Notes: generated by a model from the letters alone, not told the origin. A stretch of DNA of 19,193 nt from Bdellovibrionota bacterium FG-2 (GCA_051382305.1 JBBCAV010000073.1:1-19193); one strand, 5' to 3'; shown: positions 6,644 through 16,113, counted from the stretch's first letter. A program made the numbers and translations.

Positions 6644-8503
6644 ATGTTATTTCTAAAAAGTAAGCGCATTTTGGGTGTCGCGAGTCTAAGTATGGTCCTT
6701 GTTTCGCTTGCAGGTTTTGGAGGTAAATCCGGAGCTGCTTCGCGAGAGGGGGTCGAGATCGTCACCGATCCGCGTGTGATTACGATTCTTGCGACCAATG
6801 ACATGCATGGGAGCGTGGAACCGGCATTCACAAAAGACGGAAAAAAGCTCGGTGGAATGAGTTTTTGGGCCGGGATTGTCTCCTCGATTCGCAAAGGCAT
6901 TGAAGCGAAAAACCCAGGACATGCCGGCGTGCTCGTCGTCGATGCCGGGGATCAGTTTCAGGGGACGCTGATGAGTAACTTCAATGAAGGGCAGTTGATG
7001 TTCTCTGCCATGAACGAAGTGGGTTATGACGCCGTCGTGCCGGGCAATCATGATTATGACTTTGGTCCCATCGGCTGGCTGGAAGATCAAGTGACGCCGG
7101 GAAGTGCTGATCAAAATCCCCGAGGGGCGCTGTTGAGACTCGCGGGAAAAGCGAAGTTTCCACTTCTCTCTGCAAATACCTATTATAAAAAATCTCTCTT
7201 AGGCGCAGATGGCGCGCCGGTTGAAGTGTCAGGGCAGTACTGCAAGCCTGTGGCTGAAGTGGCTATTCCCACGGTTATTCAATGGAGCCAAGCTCGCCGC
7301 CCTGAATTCCTGCAACCGTACGTGATTCGTGAAGTCGCCGGCGTGAGAGTCGCCCTGATTGGGCTGGATCACCCGGAGACGCCGCTTACGACAACGGCGG
7401 CCAATGTTTCTGATTTATGTTTTCGAGATCCGATGGAAACGTATTTAGAAATTCACGCTGAGCTCAACACAAAAGCGGATTTGTTCGTCATGATTATTCA
7501 TGATGGCAATCCCGTAGGCGCAAGCACGCTCTCAAAAATGATCGAAGGACTGCTCAAAAACGGCCCCGTCGTGGACGCGGTTGTGGCGGGACATACGCAC
7601 GTGATTCATAACGTAAATGTTGGAGGTGTTCCAATCATTCAATCTGGGGCCAATGGTACGCTTTTTGGGCGTATCGATTTGGTGTGGGATCAAGAAGCGA
7701 AGAAGGTAGACGCGAGCCAAATCAAATCCAATGCGGGAGTTGGAATGTATTATGAAAGCTGTGCGCCGCAAGCCGCAAGCTTTTGTGCGGTTTCACAAAC
7801 GGGGCCTGAATATGAAGGTCGTCACGTCACGCCAAGCGCAGAGGTGGAGCAACTCATCGCAGATGGACGCGCGCAAGTGGCGCCCGTTGCGGGTCGTGTG
7901 TTAGGTACGACCGAGGGTGTTTTGAATGTCGATCGCATCTCCGAGAGTCCGCTGGCCAACGCGCTCACCGATACGTTTCGCGCACTTTCTGGCGCGGACA
8001 TTACGTTTATGAACACCGGAGGAATCCGTACCTCTTTGCCTAAGGGTGAGTTTACCTACGAAAATCTGTTTCGTGTACTGCCTTTCGCAAATCATGGTGT
8101 CAGTCTAAGTCCGATGAGTTCTGAAAAAGTTCTTGCCCTCTTAAATGCCTCGATTCAAACATGTGGCGTGAGGGGGGCGCTTATGCAAAGTGGACTGCGC
8201 GTGGAGTTTGCGCGCAATTGCAAGACTGCGGGAGGTGGCTTAGATCCTACCGCACGTTTGCTGCGTGTTGAAACGATGGATGGTGCGCTGGTGTATGATG
8301 AGAAAGCTCCGGCAAGCGTGTCGCGCTCTTTTGTCGTAGGCACGCTGGATTTTTTAGCTACCGGAGGCTCAGGGTATGAGGACTTCAAAGGGGTTCCGCA
8401 GATTGGAGACGTCGGTGTCTTGCGTGAAGCAATGACCGAATACTATTTGAAGCATCCCGCTCAGTTTAGCACTAAGTTGGATGGGCGTTGGCAAGAGAGG
8501 TAG
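6644..8503 (+). CDS. Exported bifunctional metallophosphoesterase/5'-nucleotidase (UshA family)
   Basis: NDMHG, DAGDQFQG, GNHDYD and GHTH metal motifs. C-terminal domain motifs NTGGIR, LPFAN, DFLATGGSGY. Signal-peptide-like N-terminus. Confidence 0.95.
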   Translation: MLFLKSKRILGVASLSMVLVSLAGFGGKSGAASREGVEIVTDPRVITILATNDMHGSVEPAFTKDGKKLGGMSFWAGIVSSIRKGIEAKNPGHAGVLVVDAGDQFQGTLMSNFNEGQLMFSAMNEVGYDAVVPGNHDYDFGPIGWLEDQVTPGSADQNPRGALLRLAGKAKFPLLSANTYYKKSLLGADGAPVEVSGQYCKPVAEVAIPTVIQWSQARRPEFLQPYVIREVAGVRVALIGLDHPETPLTTTAANVSDLCFRDPMETYLEIHAELNTKADLFVMIIHDGNPVGASTLSKMIEGLLKNGPVVDAVVAGHTHVIHNVNVGGVPIIQSGANGTLFGRIDLVWDQEAKKVDASQIKSNAGVGMYYESCAPQAASFCAVSQTGPEYEGRHVTPSAEVEQLIADGRAQVAPVAGRVLGTTEGVLNVDRISESPLANALTDTFRALSGADITFMNTGGIRTSLPKGEFTYENLFRVLPFANHGVSLSPMSSEKVLALLNASIQTCGVRGALMQSGLRVEFARNCKTAGGGLDPTARLLRVETMDGALVYDEKAPASVSRSFVVGTLDFLATGGSGYEDFKGVPQIGDVGVLREAMTEYYLKHPAQFSTKLDGRWQER

Positions 8504-9494
8504 AAAGAAACAGCGCCAAATCCGGCGGAAGCCCTGATGCAAAACTCACCTCAAGCCCCGTAATCGGGTGCTCGAAACAAATCCCCGCCGCGTGCAGCGC
8601 ATGGCGCGGAATCATGAGGCGCGCGAGTGCTTCGGGGGTGAGTTGTTTTCTCTCAAAATAGTTTAGGGATTCGTTCTCAGGCATTCCGTAGAGTTTGTCG
8701 CCCACAATGGGGTGGCCGGCGTGTTCCAAATGTACGCGGATTTGATGTTGGCGTCCGGTTTTGGGAAAACACTCAACGAGTGAAAATAGCCCGTAAACCC
8801 CCAGCCTTCGAAATTCCGTTAGGGAGGCTTGGCCGCCCTCTTTTTGAACTTCCATTTTTACGGAAATCGCCGAATGCGTCGAGCGGTCAAGGGCTGCATC
8901 AATAACAAACGATTCAGGGGGTGTGCCATGAACAATGGCAAGATACCTTTTTTTCGTTTGGCGTTTGGCAAATTGACTCACGAGCATGGCGCAAGAATCG
9001 CGATTTTTGGTGAGGACCAAGATCCCGCTTGTCTCCTTGTCAATTCGATGAGGCAGAAAGTATTCGCGATCGGCCGGTAAATTTGGGCGATGTCCGTAGG
9101 TGCGCAAGTGAACCAGCAGCGTGTTGAAAAAGTAGCGCCCGGCTGGGTGAACCGGAAGATTGCCGGGTTTGTCCAGGACCAGGAGATGATCATCTTCAAA
9201 GATGATCCTGTAATCAAAACTGACCTCGGGCTCGGGCCTTTTTTCCGAGACGACGTAGACCCGATCGCCCGAAAGGAGTTGGAGGCTGGGTTTGAGTTTT
9301 CCGATTGCAAAGGTGCTTAATTCGCGGCGCTCAATGGAGATACTGCCCTCAAAGATCGCTTTTTGAACCTTCTCGCGCGAGCGTTTGCGATGATGCAGTT
9401 TAAGAAAATGATCTAAGCGAATCCCAGATTGCTTTTCTGCAACGATCAGCGTGACGACGTAGGAGTCGTCTAGGTATTCATCGGACTGCTTCAT
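8472..9494 (-). CDS. RluA-family (RluC/RluD-like) 23S rRNA pseudouridine synthase with N-terminal S4-like domain
   Basis: RLDHFL...SR S4-like start, LDKPGNLPVHP, HRIDKETSG (catalytic Asp), KTGRQHQIRVH, HPIVGDKLYG, RHALHA. Confidence 0.95.
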   Translation of the reverse strand: MKQSDEYLDDSYVVTLIVAEKQSGIRLDHFLKLHHRKRSREKVQKAIFEGSISIERRELSTFAIGKLKPSLQLLSGDRVYVVSEKRPEPEVSFDYRIIFEDDHLLVLDKPGNLPVHPAGRYFFNTLLVHLRTYGHRPNLPADREYFLPHRIDKETSGILVLTKNRDSCAMLVSQFAKRQTKKRYLAIVHGTPPESFVIDAALDRSTHSAISVKMEVQKEGGQASLTEFRRLGVYGLFSLVECFPKTGRQHQIRVHLEHAGHPIVGDKLYGMPENESLNYFERKQLTPEALARLMIPRHALHAAGICFEHPITGLEVSFASGLPPDLALFLSTSLANAHPT

Positions 9495-9513
9495 AATACT
9501 GCTTCATATGAGG

Positions 9514-11739
9514 CTAATACCTTTGGCGCATTAGGAAAATGATGACTTCTTTAGCGCATTTCTCACAATACCCAAGCCGCGACTTCATGTTGCTAATCGT
9601 TTGCTGGGCCAATTTTGCGCCTTCTGAACTGCGATCGTCGGCCTCCGTGTCATACACGAGAAGCGCGTCGTGCATTTTTGTAAGCACGGCTTTTTGGGAC
9701 TCAAAATAGTGCTTCTCAAGCTTTTGCCAGTATTCGGGGAAAACCTTTGAGTAAATGACCGGCTCCTTCGGATGATCCAATGACCATACCCCGACCTGGG
9801 AAATAATATTTTTCCGGAAAGAGTCTTTTTCCGTCTCATCGGTGGGGGCACCAACGATTGCTTCAAGTTCTTCAACGAGCGCAAGCTCCACATCCTCGTG
9901 CTTGCCTGTGAGGGGGTTTTTGACTTTTTCCTTTTTGAGAATCGTCGATATCTGCTGCACGTATTTCTTTAGGAAGTCTTCCCATTGCGTAAAGTTGTAG
10001 AGACCCATGGCGTCTCGGACTTCTTTATCAACGCGATTGAGATATTCAGCGCGAACCGTATTAATAAACTCGCTTGCATCGTGATAGCCATCTTTGACGT
10101 CTTGTTTTAAGAAGTCATACTCAGACACTCGCTTGACAAACGATTCAAGTTCTTTGAAAAAGGCTAGCGGCGTGAGGCAGGGGAAATCGGGGTTCTGCGC
10201 GGCGCTGTGAAGAATCGTTCGAATCTCGCGGGCCGAGGCCCCCATGCGGCCTTCGTAATAAGGGACGTTGTTGTACTCGTCCTTGATGCGTGAAAGAGAC
10301 ACACGAAGCAGTTTGCGATCTTCGGGCGAGAGCGAGGCGGGCATTTCTCCCGTGTCATAAAGTCTGAGTTTTTCAATAGGCGTAATGTTCGAAACAATCG
10401 TGTTTAAGTTGGGCGGATAATTGATGCTGTTAGGCTTCTTGAGTCGCGTGAGCACGGCCCAGTGTGCGGCTGTCAAGGCGACATAGGGGGCTACGTGCTT
10501 GTCAATGCCCATGTGCTCAAGTTGTGGGGCGTAGATTTGCTCTTCTTCGACGGCGCGCAAAAGGTAGGGCACGCGAATGAGTTCAATTCGGGCTTTGAAG
10601 CTTGGAAAATCCGCAAACTCCTTAAACGCATCCAGCTGCAGTTCGTTCGTCGATCCCAGCATGAGCGTGTCGAGATAGGCGATGGCAGTTCCGATTCCGA
10701 CGGATCCCGTCTCACAAACGCCTAGGAGGTATTTGAACGTATCGATGGGACGCTTCAAGAGATCACAGTATTCAATCAGCCCGCGATTGCCATCAATCAA
10801 ATCTCCTGAGAGACTAAAGAGATTGATGTTTTGAAGGGACGTGGGGAGCGCACTTACACTGCGGTTGTAGGTGAGTTGGTGAAACTGCGCATCGACATGC
10901 ATTTGGGGCTCAATGGTGACCAGCCCCCGACGATAGCGACGGGAAAAATAAGTGCGCTCCACGCGAATATGGCGAAGAATCCTTCGCATATCCCCAAAAC
11001 TGGCTTTTAAGAGGGCATCATAAATCTGCCGACAACGGTGGCACAGATCGCCATCCTTGAGGTAGGTGGGCATGGATTCCCAAAGCTTTTTTGCTGGAGC
11101 CACCCCCAAAAGATCAGACAAGAACGCAAGGCGATGCTCTTGGGGAATCAAAAGCAGTGGATGATCCTGCAACTCGCAGGGAACGAGGGCCGCTAGTTCT
11201 TCATCGGGCAGCTTGGCGTAAGAGTCGGTGTGTTCTTCTTTACTGGAGGAGGGGCCTATGCCGATTCCACCTTTGGTGAGCCGCTCTACCGGAAAAACCC
11301 AGTGAAACGAATAAGTGGCGCCTTGAGGCTCGCGGCAATAGCGCTCGATTGCGCCCATGAGGGCGTGGGAAATCGAGCTTTTGGCGCTCCCATTGGGTCC
11401 GTGAAGAAGCAAAAGTTTGTTGCTAAAGCCTTGACGGGTGAACGTTTGAAAGCAGCGATAGAGCTGGTTTTGAACAGCTTCTTGACCCACGACTTTTGGC
11501 GTGTGCCCATCAATCGGCATGTCAAAAAGCTTAAATCGAGGCAGTAAGCCTTCATGAGTATCTCGACCAAAGTGATCCATCATTTCGACCATGTACTGCG
11601 CAGAGCCGCGGGTGTGCCGCTCGGGATTCTCAGTGACCAGCCCCAGGTATTCATCAAAGGTGAGGATGCGTTGGTTGGAGTCAAATTCTTTTTTGATCGC
11701 GCGATCCAGAGTGCCCAGCGTTTTGTCTGCCATAGACAT
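9514..11739 (-). CDS. prkA: PrkA/YeaG-family serine protein kinase (AAA+ type)
   Basis: LLLLHGPNGSAKS Walker A, CELQDHPLLLIP, GNRGLIEYCDLLKRP, EGRMGASARE, C-terminal LGYCEKCA. Start is 11739 or 11733. Confidence 0.9.
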   Translation of the reverse strand: MSMADKTLGTLDRAIKKEFDSNQRILTFDEYLGLVTENPERHTRGSAQYMVEMMDHFGRDTHEGLLPRFKLFDMPIDGHTPKVVGQEAVQNQLYRCFQTFTRQGFSNKLLLLHGPNGSAKSSISHALMGAIERYCREPQGATYSFHWVFPVERLTKGGIGIGPSSSKEEHTDSYAKLPDEELAALVPCELQDHPLLLIPQEHRLAFLSDLLGVAPAKKLWESMPTYLKDGDLCHRCRQIYDALLKASFGDMRRILRHIRVERTYFSRRYRRGLVTIEPQMHVDAQFHQLTYNRSVSALPTSLQNINLFSLSGDLIDGNRGLIEYCDLLKRPIDTFKYLLGVCETGSVGIGTAIAYLDTLMLGSTNELQLDAFKEFADFPSFKARIELIRVPYLLRAVEEEQIYAPQLEHMGIDKHVAPYVALTAAHWAVLTRLKKPNSINYPPNLNTIVSNITPIEKLRLYDTGEMPASLSPEDRKLLRVSLSRIKDEYNNVPYYEGRMGASAREIRTILHSAAQNPDFPCLTPLAFFKELESFVKRVSEYDFLKQDVKDGYHDASEFINTVRAEYLNRVDKEVRDAMGLYNFTQWEDFLKKYVQQISTILKKEKVKNPLTGKHEDVELALVEELEAIVGAPTDETEKDSFRKNIISQVGVWSLDHPKEPVIYSKVFPEYWQKLEKHYFESQKAVLTKMHDALLVYDTEADDRSSEGAKLAQQTISNMKSRLGYCEKCAKEVIIFLMRQRY

Positions 11740-11780
11740 ACTTTAGCCTGAGATCGGCAAGAATTTCGAGATAAAATCGG

Positions 11781-13751
11781 TCAATTTTTGCGACGCGACT
11801 TTGAAGAACCTTTGGATTTCCTGCGGGAACGTTTTTTTTCTTTTTTTACGGCGATTTTTTCAAAACGAAGTCGGGGGTGGTCTTTGTCTACTAAAGGATG
11901 CTCTGCGGCGTTGATTGGGCCTGCTTTGGCAAGGGCTAGGGTGTAGGTAACAACTGCCTCCCGAACAACCACTCCAGAGTTGAGTTCGATGCGGGAGGCC
12001 GGGATTTTCGAAAAAAACCAAGCCAGATCATCTCCACCGGTCACCAAGAAGTCCAGAGTGGCCAAGGTGTAAAGCTTTGAATCGACGATCGGAGAGCCAT
12101 CGGAGAGGCGGGCCTCAAGCAGACGATTGATTTCCCAGGGGTCAATTTTTCCGCTTTGGTTTAGGTCTGTTGCGGGCGCCTCGCTTTCAAGGGCGATCAG
12201 GCGAAGTTCGACACCGGAGACTGAGAAAAACCCACGTGAGCCGCTTTCGACAATACGAAGAAGTGTTTTGACTTCTGTCCCAGTCAGTTTGACGAGTGCA
12301 ATAGAATTATCGAAGGGGAGGGCGCGGAAAACCGAGTCATACTTAATTGTGCCACTTTCGATGTTAGCGCGAATTCCCCCCGGATTCATGATTGCAAGAT
12401 CGGCTTTGGCTTGCAGGCGTATGGCATCAGAGACGAGGTTGCCCAACTCTGATTCCTTAAAACGTTGATGTTCGATAGGGCGTGCAGCTTGGCCCAGGAT
12501 CTGGTTTTTGATTTCAGCAGATTTTTTGAAAACCTCTTCGAGACTGCGGTTTGTCTCGGCATCAGCGTAAATGGTGCGACCGTGGAAACTAGGGGGCACA
12601 AGAGCGCCCCGGCCGTTACCCGGTGCAGGACGATCTCCATTGCAGTCGTTCTGATTTTGAAAAACGGCGGGGCAGATCGGAATGGGCCCTTCTATACGGG
12701 TATGGTCGTGGAGAAGTTTCCTTTGGTTCCAGTCATAGGTAAGATACAAGACGTTTAGATAACGCCCCGACGCTCCACCCTGAATGGTGGGCACCCCATT
12801 GATCCAGTGATGAATGAGCTGATGCGAGTGTCCTGAAACGGCCGCATCAACTGTACCTTCGGGGAGCGAGTTAAGAAGTTCGACGAGTTCGCCGTTTTCG
12901 GCGCATTTCCCCTGAAGATCGGCTTCCTTTCGGATCGCATTTCCGGCAGGAGCGGGCGCGGTTTGGCAGGCGAGGCCAACATGGGCGGTCACGACGATGA
13001 TTTGCGCACCTTGGGATCGAAGTTTCGTGGCCTCGCGAAGCGTGGCTTCTTTGAGATTTCTGAATTCTAGGTTTTTGACGAAAATGGATCGTGTCGTGGA
13101 GGGGGTCTCAAGTGTGGTAAGGCCAATGACCCCAACGCTGAGACGTCCGACGGAGTAGAGTTTGCTGGGAAGGGTGTTTGGAAATTCCGCCAGCTTATCT
13201 GTTCCTTTCGCAAAAATATTAGCCGAAAGGTAGGGATAGTGAGCTTCGCGCATTCGTGCTTTGAGGGAGCTCAGCAAATCCGAAGGGGTGGAATCGTCTG
13301 CGCCGAAATCAAATTCGTGATTTCCGATGGCGGCACCGTGAAGTCCTCCGACATTGAAAACGCGAACCATCGGTGCCCCTTTTCCAGTGTTACTCTCGAT
13401 GGATCCTTGAAACTCATCTCCACCATCGAGCCACAAAAGGTTGCTCCCGAACTGGGATTGTAGAATGCGAATGTGGCTAATGAGATAGGACATGCCGCCC
13501 GCTTGGTATTCAACGGCGGGGACGCCTTCGTTCTCGCGGGGTTTCAATGGCAATGGGGCGAGCGCGCCGTGGATATCGTTGGAACCAACGATCACGACAG
13601 ATTCTAAGCCCTGAGCTTTTTCGCCTGCGGCAGGAGTGCTTACGCCAACACGACCGAGATTCTGCTGGATTTCTGCGGGAATTTGAGGGGTTGTTGAACA
13701 AGCCGGAAAAAAAGCGGCTATTGGGGCCAATAATAAGAAGATGCTTTTCAT
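11781..13751 (-). CDS. Lipoprotein bifunctional metallophosphoesterase/5'-nucleotidase (UshA family) with basic C-terminal tail
   Basis: ATG 13751 gives MKSIFLLLAPIAAFFPA|C, a lipobox-like signal. Motifs NDIHG, DGGDEFQG, GNHEFDFG, GHSH, NPGGIR, LPFDN, DFLVTGGD. Confidence 0.93.
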   Translation of the reverse strand: MKSIFLLLAPIAAFFPACSTTPQIPAEIQQNLGRVGVSTPAAGEKAQGLESVVIVGSNDIHGALAPLPLKPRENEGVPAVEYQAGGMSYLISHIRILQSQFGSNLLWLDGGDEFQGSIESNTGKGAPMVRVFNVGGLHGAAIGNHEFDFGADDSTPSDLLSSLKARMREAHYPYLSANIFAKGTDKLAEFPNTLPSKLYSVGRLSVGVIGLTTLETPSTTRSIFVKNLEFRNLKEATLREATKLRSQGAQIIVVTAHVGLACQTAPAPAGNAIRKEADLQGKCAENGELVELLNSLPEGTVDAAVSGHSHQLIHHWINGVPTIQGGASGRYLNVLYLTYDWNQRKLLHDHTRIEGPIPICPAVFQNQNDCNGDRPAPGNGRGALVPPSFHGRTIYADAETNRSLEEVFKKSAEIKNQILGQAARPIEHQRFKESELGNLVSDAIRLQAKADLAIMNPGGIRANIESGTIKYDSVFRALPFDNSIALVKLTGTEVKTLLRIVESGSRGFFSVSGVELRLIALESEAPATDLNQSGKIDPWEINRLLEARLSDGSPIVDSKLYTLATLDFLVTGGDDLAWFFSKIPASRIELNSGVVVREAVVTYTLALAKAGPINAAEHPLVDKDHPRLRFEKIAVKKEKKRSRRKSKGSSKSRRKN

Positions 13752-13899
13752 AACTATAGGGTTTATCCCAAGCAGGGCCGTATGCCAAGCCGCCAAAAAT
13801 TTGACCCTCAAGTTTCCGATGCAAATACTCCGATCGGAGATTTTTCTAACGCAAAATCCAGGAACTGGCCTAGAATATGAGTTAAGGAGAACTTACTCT

Positions 13900-14880
13900 A
13901 TGCGCAGGACGCGCGACGGTATTTGGTTCTATGGAGTGGCGGTGGTTCCTCTGATCGTTGGAGCAGGAGGAATTTTTTATTATTTTCAGCATCCCTTTGA
14001 GATGGGGACTGACTCGGTGGCAGAGCATGCTCGTGCTCCGGCGTCTGCGGTGCAGAAGCCTGTAGATGTTCCTCAGACGCCAGTATTGCCGGTGTCGCCA
14101 GAGTCGTCAGGGGCGAACCAAACGAAGTCACCATCGACTTTGGATTTTTCAAAGGCATTTGTTGCTTCGAATTTTCCACCGCAAACGGCTGCAAAATGTA
14201 CAAGCGTCGAGTTCCCAGGTGCGGGGCCTTCAATTATAAAAGTTGATGGAAAAGAATGGCAGAGCATTTTGACTCGTTATCATGAAGTTAAGGCGAGCTA
14301 CTTGGCTTGGCTTACCGCTCATCGCGCTGAAATTGGAGAAGCCTCATATGTCGTGATGGAAAAGCGCATGCAAGATTTGAGGATTCAGCGCCCTCCCACC
14401 TTGGAAGAGCCTGACCTTCCGTGGCGTGGCATTGGCGTGTTTACGCGAAACCACGATAATACTCCCCTCGTTCGTTTAGGTGAGGGATTTCGCAGACTCA
14501 TGGAAAAAGAGCCTAAGCGCGCTCATTACGAGCTTGCGCGATTGGTCGCCCAGACCTGGGCGCCTTGTGAGTTAAGGGGTGAGCTGGCTCAAGAAAAAGT
14601 GGGCGGCGTTTGGGATAATGCCCTGGCATGCTCAAATGTTCGGGAAGAAAAGGCGTGTACTCCGGGTTCGTATTCAGAAGGGGGTTGGGCGGTGTCGTCA
14701 TACCTTGCGACGCTCGTATCGCAGCCGGGCTGTAGTGTGCCGGCATTCATGAATCCCGAAATTGCATCGTGTCTTACGCATCTTCCGTATTCAAAAACAG
14801 ATGCAAGAATAGATGCAAAGACGCGTGCACCTGCGGCCAGTGTGCCGAGTATTAAGCTAACGAAGGGAGCTCATAAATGA
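13900..14880 (+). CDS. Hypothetical membrane-anchored periplasmic protein (326 aa), possibly an inactive zincin-like fold
   Basis: AAGGAG SD at 13884-13889 and ATG 13900. One N-terminal TM helix, Pro/Ser linker, Cys-containing globular region. Confidence 0.8.
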   Translation: MRRTRDGIWFYGVAVVPLIVGAGGIFYYFQHPFEMGTDSVAEHARAPASAVQKPVDVPQTPVLPVSPESSGANQTKSPSTLDFSKAFVASNFPPQTAAKCTSVEFPGAGPSIIKVDGKEWQSILTRYHEVKASYLAWLTAHRAEIGEASYVVMEKRMQDLRIQRPPTLEEPDLPWRGIGVFTRNHDNTPLVRLGEGFRRLMEKEPKRAHYELARLVAQTWAPCELRGELAQEKVGGVWDNALACSNVREEKACTPGSYSEGGWAVSSYLATLVSQPGCSVPAFMNPEIASCLTHLPYSKTDARIDAKTRAPAASVPSIKLTKGAHK

Positions 14881-15455
14881 AAGCTATAGAGAAACCTTCA
14901 CTTTTAAGTCTTGGAGCAGGCCTTGGTACTCTCGTGGGAGTGGTTTTGGGATTTTCCGGCTGCATGGGGCTCCATCAAGGAAGCTCCGTGGATGGAACTC
15001 CCAGTGCGCAGCAGGCTTCAGAAAAACCATATGTTGAAGCCTTTTTTGAGTTTCCTGGACCTCAGGAAAAGTGGGCGGGTCCGCCTTCGTTTATTCTTCA
15101 TGTCGTGGCGCGCGACGCCGCTGCAACCGAAATCACCGTGACTCCGGAACTCTATGGGAAACGGGGTCCCCAAAAAAATATGGAGAATAATCCGACCATG
15201 GCGTCTGATCGGCGTCCCGCCTCTCAGACACTGACGTCTCAAGCCACGCGAGATTATTTGGCGACGATTGCAACGAATATGCAAACTGCTGCGAGCGCAG
15301 ATTTCAGCGGCTGCTTGTATCCTGTACGTGTTCGCTTGGTCAGATCCGATGGGGCTTTACTTGAAAAACAGGGGTGTCGGTCCCAAGCGGGTTGGGCGCG
15401 CTCGGCCGGTGAGGCAGTCAATTATTTTGTGACGGCAATGCACTGGACGAAGTGA
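14877..15455 (+). CDS. Hypothetical lipoprotein (192 aa)
   Basis: ATGA overlap with the upstream gene, GGGAG SD, hydrophobic stretch ending GFSG|C. Confidence 0.8.
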   Translation: MKAIEKPSLLSLGAGLGTLVGVVLGFSGCMGLHQGSSVDGTPSAQQASEKPYVEAFFEFPGPQEKWAGPPSFILHVVARDAAATEITVTPELYGKRGPQKNMENNPTMASDRRPASQTLTSQATRDYLATIATNMQTAASADFSGCLYPVRVRLVRSDGALLEKQGCRSQAGWARSAGEAVNYFVTAMHWTK

Positions 15456-15462
15456 GAACGTC

Positions 15463-16113
15463 CTAGTTCCACATTACCGGCACTTGCACCAACGTCTCGT
15501 CCGTTCCTTGCGCTGATCGCTGAATCTTCACAAAGCCGTTTTGCCTTCCATATTGGAACACATCTCGCGTGACCTTAACGTCTTGGGTGCAATACTCGAT
15601 GATTTTCTGAATTTGCCCGGCCTTCCACCATTCGACGGCGAGCAGACCATCTGCTGATTTTCCCGTGCCCAGGGTTCCACGCGCGACAGCTTCAAGTTTC
15701 AAGTAGCGTTGGCGCGTGAGCGCTTCAAGGTCGTACATAATATCAAAGGTATCTAGTTCCTTGGTTTTGAGTCCATAGGCGCCAAGCACGATCAAGTCGA
15801 ATCCGCGGATATTGTAGCCCACCACCAATCGATTTTGGCAAAGTTCGATGAGCTTGGGGATTTCGTTTTCTCGATACGCTAAATATTCATCCGTCTTGCT
15901 GTCGTAAGCGCAGGCGACCGAGATTTTCAATTTATCGATGTGCTCCCAGCCCCCTACTTCTTGCACGAGGCCTTGCGTTTCAATGTCGACCACGAGGTAG
16001 TGGCGGTTTCGTAAGAAGAGGCTTGAAGGCAAAACATCCTCTGAAAAAGGCACACAATCCCCATGTTTCCAAAACGAGGGGTTAAGTTTGACTCGGGTGG
16101 TAGGCGCGGCCAT
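15463..16113 (-). CDS. RNase H-like DEDDy 3'-5' exonuclease (YprB/RNase_H_2-like)
   Basis: ExoI VVDIET, ExoII GYNIRGFD, ExoIII EYCTQDV, plus KSADGLLAVEWW. AAGGAG 7 nt before ATG 16113. Confidence 0.9.
   Translation of the reverse strand: MAAPTTRVKLNPSFWKHGDCVPFSEDVLPSSLFLRNRHYLVVDIETQGLVQEVGGWEHIDKLKISVACAYDSKTDEYLAYRENEIPKLIELCQNRLVVGYNIRGFDLIVLGAYGLKTKELDTFDIMYDLEALTRQRYLKLEAVARGTLGTGKSADGLLAVEWWKAGQIQKIIEYCTQDVKVTRDVFQYGRQNGFVKIQRSAQGTDETLVQVPVMWN

Noticed and set aside
8472-8503. Convergent 3' overlaps (32 nt here, 47 nt at 18467-18513) as antisense regulation
   Set aside because: Short tail-to-tail overlaps are common in compact genomes and nothing else supports a regulatory role.
13770-13790. 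Sigma54 promoter upstream of the second nucleotidase (TTGGCATACGGCCCTGCT)
   Set aside because: GG to GC spacing is 11 nt rather than the strict 10.
13741-13899. Upstream extensions of the ORFs starting at 13741 (+) and 13811 (-)
   Set aside because: They would overlap head-to-head. Downstream starts at 13900 and 13751 give a proper SD or signal peptide.
14799-14818. Short direct repeat AGATGCAA x2
   Set aside because: Two copies inside a coding linker (DARIDAK). Not an array.
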